64,000 bases of DNA from Myxococcota bacterium. GTDB lineage: Bacteria; Myxococcota; JACRCW01. Location of the stretch: positions 1 to 64,000 of the forward strand of contig JBFMGU010000007.1 in the NCBI GenBank assembly GCA_040752415.1, in the 5' to 3' direction. A program made the position numbers and the translations under genes. The notes beneath the pieces were generated by a model, which saw only the letters and a list, made by a program, of their open reading frames with translations, searched no databases and was not told the DNA's origin. Positions 50,781 to 60,395 of the stretch are shown here, piece by piece. The first letter of the stretch is position 1. The number at the start of each line of letters is the position of its first letter.

Positions 50781-53700
50781 TCAGCGACGCTGCAGCTCCA
50801 TCAGGAATCCCTGACACGCATCCAACACCAGCAGCCGCTCGCCCGAGGGATGGACCTGGGTGCCGCTGAGACAGCGGGTCACCGTCTGCGGGAAGGTGTC
50901 GCGGGGCGGGGCGCCGTAGATGGTGCGCACCCCGTCGTCACCGGTGACGCGCCCGTCCTCTCCGGAGGTCACCATGCGCACCGCCACGCGGGAGCCCACC
51001 ACCAGGTTCCCGTAGGGATCCACGGTGAGCCCGCGTGGCGTGTCCACCGGGAAGAACCGCGCCGGGGTGCCCTCGCCGCTGGAGTTGGGGCTCCCGTCGC
51101 CCAGCACCGTGGTCACCGTCAGCGTCTCGCGGTCCAGGCGACGGATGCGGTGGTTCTGCGTGTCGGCGATGTAGATGTCGCGCGTGGTCACCGCCACCGC
51201 CTCCGGGCTGTCGAAGAGCGCGGTGTTGGCGGGGGCGTCCTCGCCGCGGAAGCCCAGCTCCCCGGGAAGGCCCGCCAGCGTGGTGACGGCGTTGGCGGCG
51301 GTGGGCTCGTCGACACGGATGGCGCGGATCACGTGGTTGCCCACCTCCGCCACCAGGAGCAGGCGCTGCGCCTCGTCGAAGGCCAGGCCGGTGGGACCAT
51401 CCAGGCGCGCGTCGGCCACCGTGCCGTCGCGGTGACCGCGCACCCCGCCCACGAAGACGTCGACGGTCCAGTTGGGCTCCAGCAACGTGACCCGACGGAT
51501 GACGTGGCCATTCCGCTCCGAGACGAACACGCGGTCCAGCCCCTCCACGCGCGCGTAGGCAATGCCGGATGCGTTGCGGAACAGGCGTGTGATGTCGGCG
51601 CGGCCGGAGTCCGGGCCCTCGCGCGGGTAGCCGGCCACCGTCAGGAGCAGCGCGTTCCCGGGCTCGTCGGGATTGACCACGCGACGCACCCGGCCACCGC
51701 GCCCGTCGGCCACCAGCCAGCCCAGCGCGTCGGGCAGCACCACCAGCGCCGTGGGGTCGGAGAGGCTGGCCACGCCCGCGTTGCCCGAGCCGTCCTGCGC
51801 CAGCAGCGGTCCGTCGCCGGTGTGCACCGTGCCTGCCACCGTGCTGATGTTCCCCTGCGCATCCACCCGACGCACGAGCCCGTTGCCGTAGTCGGTGATG
51901 ATCAGGTCCTCCCCGCCCCAGGCCAGCTGGTAGGGCAGGTTGATCCGGGCCTGGTCCGCAGGACCGAAGTCACCGTAGAAGCCGTCCTCGTCGGAGCCGG
52001 CCACGGTGGTGATGACGCCGGTGTCCAGGTCCACGCGCCGCACCCGCGAGCCGTTGGTGTCGGAGATGTACAGGCCGTGCCGACCGCCGCGGTCCTCCAC
52101 CAGCACCGCGCCGGGACTGAAGAGGCTGGCCTGCACCGCGCTCAGCCCGTCGCCACTGCTCTGGGGCAGGCCGTTGCCCGCCACGGTGGTGATGGTCCCG
52201 TCCAGCGCCACGCGCCGCACGCGGTGGAAGCGGTCATCCGCCATGTAGAGGTTGCCGCTGGGGTCCAGCGCAATGCCGTACACGTGACCAATGCCCACGT
52301 CGACGGCGAGCGCGCCCTCGTCGGTGCTGGGGTCGTAGGTGTCGGTGCCGTTCCCCGCCACGGTGGTGATGATCCCCGCGGGGTTGATGCGCCGGATGCG
52401 GTTGTTGCTCGCGTCGGAGAAGAAGATGTTGCCTGCCGCGTCCACGGCGATGCCGGCGGGGCCGTACAGCTTGGCCTCCGTGGCCGGTCCGTTGTCACCG
52501 CTGAAGCCGCCGGAGCCGTCCCCATCCGCGAATCCGGCGATGGTGACGACGTTGCCATCCGGCATGAGCTTGCGGATGCGGTCGTTGCCGGAGTCGGTGA
52601 CGTAGAGGTTGCCCTGCGCGTCCAGGGCCAGGCTGTCGGGGAAGGCCACCAGGGTCTCGGCGCCCACGCCGTTGCCGTTGTAGCCGCTCTCGCCGGTGCC
52701 GAGCACGGTGGAGATGATCCCGCTGGGGTCCACCTTGCGCACGCGGTGCGCCTCGTATTCGGCGACGTAGATGGTCCCGTCGGGGGTCACCGCCACGCCG
52801 TTGGGGCCCTGCATGAACGCGTCCTGCGCCAGCATCACCGGGTTGCCGGGGCGGGTGAAGCCCGCGTAGGCCGGCCCGGCCAGCCCCACCACCTGCTCCA
52901 CGTTCCGACCTGGCTCCGGCCCCACGCGCAGCACGCGCTGGTTGTACTCGTCGCTGATGTAGATGGTGCCGTCCTCCGCGAGGGTGATCCACAGCGGCTG
53001 GTTGAGACCCAGCTCGGCCAGCGACTCGCCGATCTCGTCGGAGGCCTGACCGGTGCCGGCCCACGGCGTCAGCGTCCCGGTGTTGCGGTTGAGCAGCATG
53101 ATGCGGTGACCCGAGTGTTCCGTGACGAGCACCTCATCCGCGGAGAGCAGGGTCATCCCGGAGGGGCCGCCCAGTCCCGCGTCCCGGTCGACCAGGGTGG
53201 TGAGCATGCGCGTGGACAGGTCCACCTCGCGGATGCGGTTGCCCACCTGCTCGGCGATGAGCAGCGTGCCGGCGGCCAGGTCGTAGAGCACACCCCACGG
53301 TCGCTCCAGCTCCGCCGCGGTGGATGTGGTGCCCGCGTCGCCCGCTCCGCCGTCGACGTCTTCCACGGTGGGGCAGCTGCCCACCAGCGTCTCGATCTCG
53401 CCTTCCGCGCTGAGCATGCGGATGCGGCCGTTGTTGGTGTCGGCGATGTAGATGTTGCCTTGCGCGTCCTGGGCCAGGCCGGTGGGGTAGTTGAGCTCGG
53501 TGCGCAGCGGGCCGTCGGCGTCGTCGCCACCGCAGCCGGGCGTGCCGGTGCCGGCCACGGTGGTGATGATGCCGGTGGTGTCTATCCTGCGGACCACGTG
53601 GTTGCCGGCGTCGGAGAAGTAGATGTTGCCGCGCCCGTCGATGATGAGGCCTTCCGGCTCGGAAAGCAGCGCGTTGGTGGCGGGGCCCTGGTCGCCCGCG

Positions 53701-54815
53701 TAGCCCACCACGCCGGCGCCGGCCACGCGCGTGAGCTTGCCGCTGACGTCGAGGCGCCAGATGCGCGGGGAGAGCCACTCGCCGAAATAGACGTTGCCCA
53801 GCCGGTCCAGCGCGATGCCTTCCGGGTAGGTGAGGGGCAGGCGCAGGGGATCACCGCCGCTGATGCCAAAGCCCAGCAGCACCCTCGGGCTCCACTCCAC
53901 GGTGCGGCACGCGTTGCAGGTGTCGTTGGGGTTGTTGGTGTTTCCGTCGTCACAGGACTCCGCGGGAGCGGTGCCTCCGTCGGTGGAGACCGGCGCGCGG
54001 TTGACCACGCCGTCGCCGCACACGTTGAGCCGACAGTCGGAGCGGCAGCCGTCCTCGTCGGAGGCGTTGCCGTCGTCGCATTCCTCGGGCACGCCGGCCA
54101 GCACGCCGGTCCTGCCGTCGCCGCACACGTTGGGGACGCAGCCCTGCACCGCGTCGCAGTGGCGGCTGATCTCCACGCCTCCGTCGGAGCCGGTGAGCGG
54201 CTCACACAGGGTGCTGTCGGGCGTGACCTCGCAGCGCTGTTCCTCCTCGACGCAGCGGGTGCGCACGCAGGCAAACGCGGAGGGCGGGCAGGCCACGGGG
54301 CCGGGGCTGCACACGCCGCGCGCGGAGCCGCCGGTGACGGAGTTGCCCTCGAGGTCCAGGCATTGCTCCTCGCCGTTGCACCAGGTGTTGTCGCCGCACT
54401 CGGCGGAGAGCGTGCACGCACGACCCAGCCGGATCTCGGTGGCCACGCCGCCGCCTTCCTTGAGCTCCACCACGGCCTTGCCGAGCCCAATGACCTTGCC
54501 GTCCTGCGCCAGCGCCTCGGCGAGGAGCTGCACCGGTCCGGAGGGGGGATTGTCGAAGACCACCGCGTAGTCGAAGGGGTCCTTGAGCGGTTGGGCGGCG
54601 GCCTTCTCGGGGAGCGTGGCCTCGCTGGTTCCGCCCGCGGAGGTCACCACCGAGTGGACGCGCCAGACCTGCCCCGCCAGCGCGCCCTGCTGCACGGTGA
54701 CCACGACGTGGGTGGCGGAGCTCCCCGGCGGTCCGAGGTGGAAGGTGGGAGGCTCCGAGGAGGTGCAGGAGGCAACCAGTCCCAACGCCGACACGAGGGC
54801 GACAACACGTGACAT
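50781..54815 (-). CDS. NHL-repeat lipoprotein with myxobacterial Cys-rich (CGDG/EECDDGN) repeats
   Basis: LVASC lipobox; CGDG...EECDDGN; many P.G.A.D..GN.Y..D..N.RIR....G.ITTVAG repeats. Confidence 0.9.
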   Translation of the reverse strand: MSRVVALVSALGLVASCTSSEPPTFHLGPPGSSATHVVVTVQQGALAGQVWRVHSVVTSAGGTSEATLPEKAAAQPLKDPFDYAVVFDNPPSGPVQLLAEALAQDGKVIGLGKAVVELKEGGGVATEIRLGRACTLSAECGDNTWCNGEEQCLDLEGNSVTGGSARGVCSPGPVACPPSAFACVRTRCVEEEQRCEVTPDSTLCEPLTGSDGGVEISRHCDAVQGCVPNVCGDGRTGVLAGVPEECDDGNASDEDGCRSDCRLNVCGDGVVNRAPVSTDGGTAPAESCDDGNTNNPNDTCNACRTVEWSPRVLLGFGISGGDPLRLPLTYPEGIALDRLGNVYFGEWLSPRIWRLDVSGKLTRVAGAGVVGYAGDQGPATNALLSEPEGLIIDGRGNIYFSDAGNHVVRRIDTTGIITTVAGTGTPGCGGDDADGPLRTELNYPTGLAQDAQGNIYIADTNNGRIRMLSAEGEIETLVGSCPTVEDVDGGAGDAGTTSTAAELERPWGVLYDLAAGTLLIAEQVGNRIREVDLSTRMLTTLVDRDAGLGGPSGMTLLSADEVLVTEHSGHRIMLLNRNTGTLTPWAGTGQASDEIGESLAELGLNQPLWITLAEDGTIYISDEYNQRVLRVGPEPGRNVEQVVGLAGPAYAGFTRPGNPVMLAQDAFMQGPNGVAVTPDGTIYVAEYEAHRVRKVDPSGIISTVLGTGESGYNGNGVGAETLVAFPDSLALDAQGNLYVTDSGNDRIRKLMPDGNVVTIAGFADGDGSGGFSGDNGPATEAKLYGPAGIAVDAAGNIFFSDASNNRIRRINPAGIITTVAGNGTDTYDPSTDEGALAVDVGIGHVYGIALDPSGNLYMADDRFHRVRRVALDGTITTVAGNGLPQSSGDGLSAVQASLFSPGAVLVEDRGGRHGLYISDTNGSRVRRVDLDTGVITTVAGSDEDGFYGDFGPADQARINLPYQLAWGGEDLIITDYGNGLVRRVDAQGNISTVAGTVHTGDGPLLAQDGSGNAGVASLSDPTALVVLPDALGWLVADGRGGRVRRVVNPDEPGNALLLTVAGYPREGPDSGRADITRLFRNASGIAYARVEGLDRVFVSERNGHVIRRVTLLEPNWTVDVFVGGVRGHRDGTVADARLDGPTGLAFDEAQRLLLVAEVGNHVIRAIRVDEPTAANAVTTLAGLPGELGFRGEDAPANTALFDSPEAVAVTTRDIYIADTQNHRIRRLDRETLTVTTVLGDGSPNSSGEGTPARFFPVDTPRGLTVDPYGNLVVGSRVAVRMVTSGEDGRVTGDDGVRTIYGAPPRDTFPQTVTRCLSGTQVHPSGERLLVLDACQGFLMELQRR

Positions 54816-54939
54816 GATGCGGACAGCCTAGCGTGCGTCCCGACGGGGATGCCAACCAGGGGCCACCTCCGACGCGGCCCTGGGCCTGGGTGGGGAACCG
54901 GGACGCCCACGGTGTTGTCGGGGCGGGATGGGAGGGAAC

Positions 54940-55398
54940 ATGGTTGCACAGCTGGCGTGGCTGGTGATGGGCGTGCTCACGACGACGACACCGGAAGGCC
55001 CGATGGTGCCGATCACGCGCGCCGACCTGGAGCGGCACGGCTTCCTGACCACGCTGGCGCGCCACGCGCCCGAGGGCGTCGCGCTGCACGCGGGCAAGCC
55101 GGCGGATGGTGTGGTGACGGTGGCCTACGCGTCACGAAGGGGACGTTGTGCCGTGGACCTCACGCTGGAGGGGGAGTGGCGCAACTGGACGTGTGAGGAC
55201 CATCCCGCGTTGTCCCCGGTGGAACCCGCGGCGGTGGGCGAGCTGGTGACGACGAAGTTTGGCAACCGCGAGCGCGTACGCAAGATGGTGCTCGACGGGG
55301 AGAAGGTGGTGGGAGAGCGCGCCGCGCCGGGAGTGGTGTTCGTGATGCCGCGGACGGAGATTGTGATTCCGCTGCGGGAGCTGGAGAAGGGCCGCTGA
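54940..55398 (+). CDS. Hypothetical exported protein
   Basis: GGAGGG RBS; hydrophobic N-terminus. Confidence 0.55.
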   Translation: MVAQLAWLVMGVLTTTTPEGPMVPITRADLERHGFLTTLARHAPEGVALHAGKPADGVVTVAYASRRGRCAVDLTLEGEWRNWTCEDHPALSPVEPAAVGELVTTKFGNRERVRKMVLDGEKVVGERAAPGVVFVMPRTEIVIPLRELEKGR

Positions 55399-55444
55399 AG
55401 CTGTGGCCCCGGTGTCCTATCGTGAACCCAGTGTGCATTTTCGT

Positions 55445-55661
55445 CCCCGGGCTACACCGGCTTCACCGTTTTCACCGCTTGAAGCCCGGGGCATGCCAGG
55501 CGCGTAAGCCCCGACCCGCGGAGCGGGCCAGGGCTTCTTCCCTTGGTGAAACGACCCCTCATCGGAAGAAGTCCCGGACCGCTTTGCGGTGGCCGGGACT
55601 TACGCTCCGGGATGCTGTGGGCTTCAAGTGATGAAGCCGGTGAAGTCGGTGCAGCCCACAG
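55445..55661. repeat. Inverted pair of diverged family B two-hairpin units (55445-55541 +, 55564-55661 -)
   Basis: GCGTAAG(C/T)CCCG...GG(G/A)CTTCTTCC boundary motif shared with the 37.5-kb copies; first hairpin CCCCGGGCT..AGCCCGGGG or CTGTGGGCT..AGCCCACAG. Confidence 0.82.
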
Positions 55662-55836
55662 ACAAGGAACCGCGCAGTCCTCGCCCCGACATCCTCGGCA
55701 GCAGGAGCCGGAGGAGGATGGGGTTGTCAGGTGGTCCGGGTGTGGGAGCGGACGGGCTTCCTCGCTGAGGCGTGCCCCCTCTCGTGCCCTCTCGCGAGGC
55801 GGCCGTTGATTTAGGGCCGCTTAGCGGGAAGTCAAC

Positions 55837-57297
55837 TCAGTTCGCTGTGGTCAGCGTGACGGTGACCAGCGCGCTGGCCGAGCCGGTGCGGCCCACCGCG
55901 TCGGTGGCGCGGCAGACCAGCGTGGTGCGACCCACCGGAAACATGCTGCCCGACGCATACGGCGTGCAGGTTGCCGTGAGGTTGCCGCTGACCACGTCGG
56001 TGGCGCGGACGGTGTAGTTGACCACCGCGCCGCCGGGGTTGCTGGTGTAGACCGTCTTGGGAATGGTGATGCTCACCAGCGGCGGACGCGTGTCGGTGAT
56101 GGTGATCGTGAAGCTTCCATTGGTGACCTGGCCCAACGGGTCGGATGCGGAGCAGGACACCGTGGTGACTCCCACCGGAAAGAGCTGCCCGGAGGAGTGC
56201 GAGCAGGTCACCGGGACGGATCCGCTCTCGTCGGTAGCCGAGGCGCTGAACGTGACCACGCGGCCACCCAACGTGTTCCCTTCCAGGACCATGTTGGAGG
56301 GCAGGCTCAGCACTGGCGGCTGGTTGGGGATCACCTCGACGGTGGTGACCACCTGGCTGGGGTTGTACCCCTCACTGCCCTCGTACCGGGCGGTCAGCGT
56401 CCAGATGCCAGTCAGGCTGTTGTCGGGGGTCCAGGTCGACTCGAAGATTCCGTTGCTGGCAAGCGTGTCTGGATCCAAGAACAACGAAGTCTCGCCCTTC
56501 TGGAGCTCGAAAGTCACTCCGCCGCTGCATTCCCCGACCAGGGGGCTGCCGTCCGCCTGCACTTGGACCTGAATCGCGGTGCTGTCGAACGGAGCCACCG
56601 TGGCCGAGGGGTACCCGGGGACAAAGGTGGTGGTCGTGTCCACGGACGGGACCGGGACGTAGGGCCCGGAGGTGCCGTCCAGACCGAAGATCACCTCTTG
56701 CGCATTGGCATCGCCGAAGCAGGTGGACATGGGGGTGAACGACGTGCAGCCCGTTCCAAACCCGTTCCCGGGGTTCTTGAACCGACCCGCGTTGCCACGA
56801 GGTGCATCCGAAGTGATCGCCCAGAAGACGCGCTGGCCGGCACCGTCGTAGGTGACCACGCCGCGCACGCTCACCCAGTAGGTACCAGGCCCCAGGTCAC
56901 ACGACGTGGGGAGCGGGATCGACCAATCGTAACGGCCGTCTACCGGGGTCGCCGAGACGGGCAGGTTGGTGTAGACGCACCGCCGACAACCGGGGGTTCC
57001 GTTGTCATCCTCATAGATGTCGACATGCGCGGTGCTGGAAAGGGGGTTGCCGTTCAGGACCACTTGTGCGTGCACCACCTGGACCTGCCACTCCGTGTCC
57101 GAGGGGACGGTGAAGTCATCCGCGATGGCGTTATCGTACGCATCATAAACCGACTCGAAGTCCTCCGACGTGTAGCCCGATGGGGAGTTTCCCGTCTGAT
57201 TGTACAACGTCGTGGTCTGGGCGGCCGCACCCGACGTCGACAAGCTCACACCGGCCCACACCACTGCCCCCAGGAACAGACCCTGCCTCGCCCGCAT
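55837..57297 (-). CDS. Secreted HYR-domain protein
   Basis: Signal peptide AAA|Q; ADDFTVP N-domain; two HYR repeats (ATD...VTC...SG..FPVG.TTV.C.A.D). Confidence 0.85.
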   Translation of the reverse strand: MRARQGLFLGAVVWAGVSLSTSGAAAQTTTLYNQTGNSPSGYTSEDFESVYDAYDNAIADDFTVPSDTEWQVQVVHAQVVLNGNPLSSTAHVDIYEDDNGTPGCRRCVYTNLPVSATPVDGRYDWSIPLPTSCDLGPGTYWVSVRGVVTYDGAGQRVFWAITSDAPRGNAGRFKNPGNGFGTGCTSFTPMSTCFGDANAQEVIFGLDGTSGPYVPVPSVDTTTTFVPGYPSATVAPFDSTAIQVQVQADGSPLVGECSGGVTFELQKGETSLFLDPDTLASNGIFESTWTPDNSLTGIWTLTARYEGSEGYNPSQVVTTVEVIPNQPPVLSLPSNMVLEGNTLGGRVVTFSASATDESGSVPVTCSHSSGQLFPVGVTTVSCSASDPLGQVTNGSFTITITDTRPPLVSITIPKTVYTSNPGGAVVNYTVRATDVVSGNLTATCTPYASGSMFPVGRTTLVCRATDAVGRTGSASALVTVTLTTAN

Positions 57298-57570
57298 GTT
57301 CTCCTCCTCGACGACCCGTCGACCCCCCCAGCGCTCGACGGAGAAATTGCGCGACCTTCACATCATACGAAAAATTTCGCAAGGACTTCGTGCTGCGCCA
57401 CGAACCCACGTCCAGGGTGAACCCGAGCACCCGCGACCGGGAGGTGCTCAATCGGCTCGAGCAGGGCAGCCAAGAACCCGTGTGTTTGCTGAGAGTTGCA
57501 TTCCCTGGCCGGGCCCGGTCGTGTGGGAGGACCCTTCTCCCGCCGAGGCCAATCCACTACAACCCTCCCC

Positions 57571-58734
57571 ATGAAATTCACCGACCAGCACCACCAGCTC
57601 CGTCGCACCGTCCACGAGTTCATCGAGAAGGAGGTGAACCCGCACTACCAGCGCTGGGAGGACGAGGGGATCTTCCCCGCCCACGAGGTCTTCAAGAAGA
57701 TGGGCGCGCTGGGGCTCTTGGGCATCAACAAGCCCGAGAAGTTCGGCGGGATGGGGTTGGACTACAGCTACCAGATGGTGATGGACGAGGAGATGGGCGT
57801 CTGCGCCGGCGGCTCCATTGGCATGGCGGTGGGCGTGCAGACCTCCATGGCCACCCCGGCCCTGGCGCGCTGGGGCACCGACGAGCTGCGCGCCGAGTTC
57901 CTGGCCCCCGCCATTGCCGGCGAGCACGTGGCCTCCATTGCGGTGAGCGAGACCGGGGGCGGCTCCGACGTGGCGGCGCTGAAGACCTGGGCCCGCAAGG
58001 ACGGTGATGACTACATCATCAACGGCTCCAAGATGTGGATCACCAACGCCTCCCAGGCCGACTGGCTGTGCACCCTGGTCAACACCAGCGACGACAAGGT
58101 CCACATCAACAAGTCCCTCATCATCATCCCCACGAAGACCAAGGGGGTGAACGTGGGCGCCAAGCTGGACAAGCTGGGCATGCGCGCCTCCGACACCTGC
58201 CCCATCTTCTTCGAGGACGTGCGCGTGCCGCAGCGCTACCGCATTGGCGAGGAGGGCCACGGTTTCATGCTGCAGATGATGCAGTTCCAGGAAGAGCGGC
58301 TCTTTGGCGCGGCCAGCTCCATGCGCGGGATGGAGAAGGTCATCCAGGCCACCATCGCCTATTGCCGGGAGCGCAGCACTTTTGGACAGCCCCTCATCGA
58401 CAACCAGGTCATCCACTTCCGCTTCGCCGAGCTGCAGACGGAGGTGGAGGCGTTGCGCTCGCTGGTCTACCGCGCCGTCGAGGAATACGTGGACGGCAAC
58501 GACGTCACCCTGCTGGCCTCCATGGCCAAGCTCAAAGCGGGTCGCCTGAGCCGCGAGGTGGCGGACTCCTGCCTGCAGTACTGGGGCGGCATGGGCTTCA
58601 TGTGGGAGAACGTGGCCTCGCGCGCGTACCGCGACTCCCGCCTGCTCTCCATTGGCGGCGGCGCCGACGAGATCATGCTGGGAATCATCTGCAAGCTGAT
58701 GGGCATCCTGCCCGGCAAGAAGCGCGCGAAGTGA
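57571..58734 (+). CDS. Acyl-CoA dehydrogenase (citronellyl-CoA dehydrogenase AtuD-like)
   Basis: IAVSETGGGSDVA, INGSKMWITN, FQEERL, CLQYWGGMGF, SIGGGADEIM. Confidence 0.93.
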   Translation: MKFTDQHHQLRRTVHEFIEKEVNPHYQRWEDEGIFPAHEVFKKMGALGLLGINKPEKFGGMGLDYSYQMVMDEEMGVCAGGSIGMAVGVQTSMATPALARWGTDELRAEFLAPAIAGEHVASIAVSETGGGSDVAALKTWARKDGDDYIINGSKMWITNASQADWLCTLVNTSDDKVHINKSLIIIPTKTKGVNVGAKLDKLGMRASDTCPIFFEDVRVPQRYRIGEEGHGFMLQMMQFQEERLFGAASSMRGMEKVIQATIAYCRERSTFGQPLIDNQVIHFRFAELQTEVEALRSLVYRAVEEYVDGNDVTLLASMAKLKAGRLSREVADSCLQYWGGMGFMWENVASRAYRDSRLLSIGGGADEIMLGIICKLMGILPGKKRAK

Positions 58735-58738
58735 CCCG

Positions 58739-60361
58739 TCAGCACACGTTGAGCACCTGGTAGAGGCCCAGGAACTTCTCCAGCGGGAGACGGAAGATGC
58801 CGTCCTGGTTCCCGTCGCCGGCGGGCTCACCGCTGCCCCAGGGATTGCGCAGGACCACGTAGCGCTGCCCGTTCTCCTCGAGGGCGTCCAGCACCGAGTA
58901 CGCGTGGTTCGCATACACGCCGGTGTTGGTGTAGCGCGCCGACTCCTGCGTGCCGTAGGTGCCCGCGGCCATGGCCCGCTTCTCCGCGCTGCCCTTCTGG
59001 ATGGCGGTGAAGACCTGGTCGGCGTTGGCGTCGCGCAGCCAGTGCTCTGTGTTGGGACGGCCCACCAGCTCGGACATCATCTGCCCCACGCTGCCGCCCT
59101 GGCCCACCACTTCGTAACTGCCACGAAACACCGCGAAGGCCTTCTCCACCAGCGAGAACCACAGCTGCCCGGTGCCGTAACGCGCGCGGCCACCGCTGGC
59201 GTACAGGTCCGCGTCGACGACGATCTCCGTGGCGCCCTGGCCCACCGGGTGCAACGTCACCGTGTAGCTGCCATCACCGTTGTCGCGGATGAGGTCGCGG
59301 ATGGCGTCGGGCTCGGCGTGGGCCACCGCGGCGCAGGCCGCCGGCACGTAGCAGTTGCCAATCTGGCCCTGCTTGACGTCGTCGACGGTGATGGCGTCCT
59401 GGAACAGCGGGCCCTGGAAGCGCTCCACGCGCGCGTGGGAATCCCGGGCCAGCGGAGCGGGGTCCGCCAGCGCACCGGCGTTCCCCGAGGCCACCGTCAG
59501 GCTGCCGGCAATGAAGGAGAAGTCCGTGTTGCCCGCGCCGTCGCTCACCGCCACCGAGATGGTGTCCCCGGCCAGGCCGCCCAGGCGCAGCGGAGGGATG
59601 CGACCGTTCTCGTCGACGGTCACATCCGACTGCTCCCCGGTGCGCGGGTTGCGGAAGCGCAGGGTGGCGCCCGGCTCACACAGCGGGAGGCGGCTCTTGT
59701 GCGTCAGCGTGATGGTTCCGTCGCCGTGGGCGCGCGCGGTGAGGCGTCCCAGGTCCACGTAGGCCGCGCGCAGGTCCGCGGCTTGCGCCTGCTGCACCCG
59801 CACGTTGAGCCACGCGGTAACCTTGCCCTGCGCGTTGCGCGTCTGCAGCCGCAGCACGTCGCCCTGCTGCGCGTCGGGGAGGGTGCCCTGGAAGCGTCCC
59901 CACGCGTCGGTCCGGCCCACCACCACGGTGTCATGCAGGCGCGCGCCGGTGGTGGTGGCGGTGGTGAGGTTGAGGGCTTCCACCGTCTCACCCGGGCCCA
60001 GCGTCCCTTCCAGCACCCCGCCGTCCGCCACGGTGACCTGCACAGCCTGGCCCGCATCCAACGGCGCACGACCCAGCAGCGCCTCCAGGAAATTGCGGTC
60101 GGCAGCGGTGAACACGAGCTCACCGGCGTCCAGCAGCTCCGCCACGTCGGCAAGCTCGTCGGGATCCAGGCCGGATTTCACCAGCTCCAGCTGCTGCGCC
60201 CGCGTGAGGCCGGGGTCGCGCAGGCGCTCCAGGACCTGTTGCACGTCGGAGGAGGCGCCGTCCGCCACCGCGGCCAGGACACGCAGCACGTCCGCGTTGC
60301 GCACGGTGGCGACGCGCTGCTCGGAGAGGACGGAGCGCAGCTGTTGATCACGGAGGCGCAT
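58739..60361 (-). CDS. Calpain-like cysteine protease (peptidase C2)
   Basis: QGQIGNCY (Cys), LVEKAFA, NHAYSV (His), LRNPWG (Asn). Confidence 0.9.
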   Translation of the reverse strand: MRLRDQQLRSVLSEQRVATVRNADVLRVLAAVADGASSDVQQVLERLRDPGLTRAQQLELVKSGLDPDELADVAELLDAGELVFTAADRNFLEALLGRAPLDAGQAVQVTVADGGVLEGTLGPGETVEALNLTTATTTGARLHDTVVVGRTDAWGRFQGTLPDAQQGDVLRLQTRNAQGKVTAWLNVRVQQAQAADLRAAYVDLGRLTARAHGDGTITLTHKSRLPLCEPGATLRFRNPRTGEQSDVTVDENGRIPPLRLGGLAGDTISVAVSDGAGNTDFSFIAGSLTVASGNAGALADPAPLARDSHARVERFQGPLFQDAITVDDVKQGQIGNCYVPAACAAVAHAEPDAIRDLIRDNGDGSYTVTLHPVGQGATEIVVDADLYASGGRARYGTGQLWFSLVEKAFAVFRGSYEVVGQGGSVGQMMSELVGRPNTEHWLRDANADQVFTAIQKGSAEKRAMAAGTYGTQESARYTNTGVYANHAYSVLDALEENGQRYVVLRNPWGSGEPAGDGNQDGIFRLPLEKFLGLYQVLNVC

Positions 60362-60395
60362 GACGGGCGCACGTTAGCGGGGGCGGGGGTTGGTG

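Noticed and set aside
50850..54812. 1320-aa plus-strand ORF
   Set aside because: Antisense shadow of the NHL-repeat gene.
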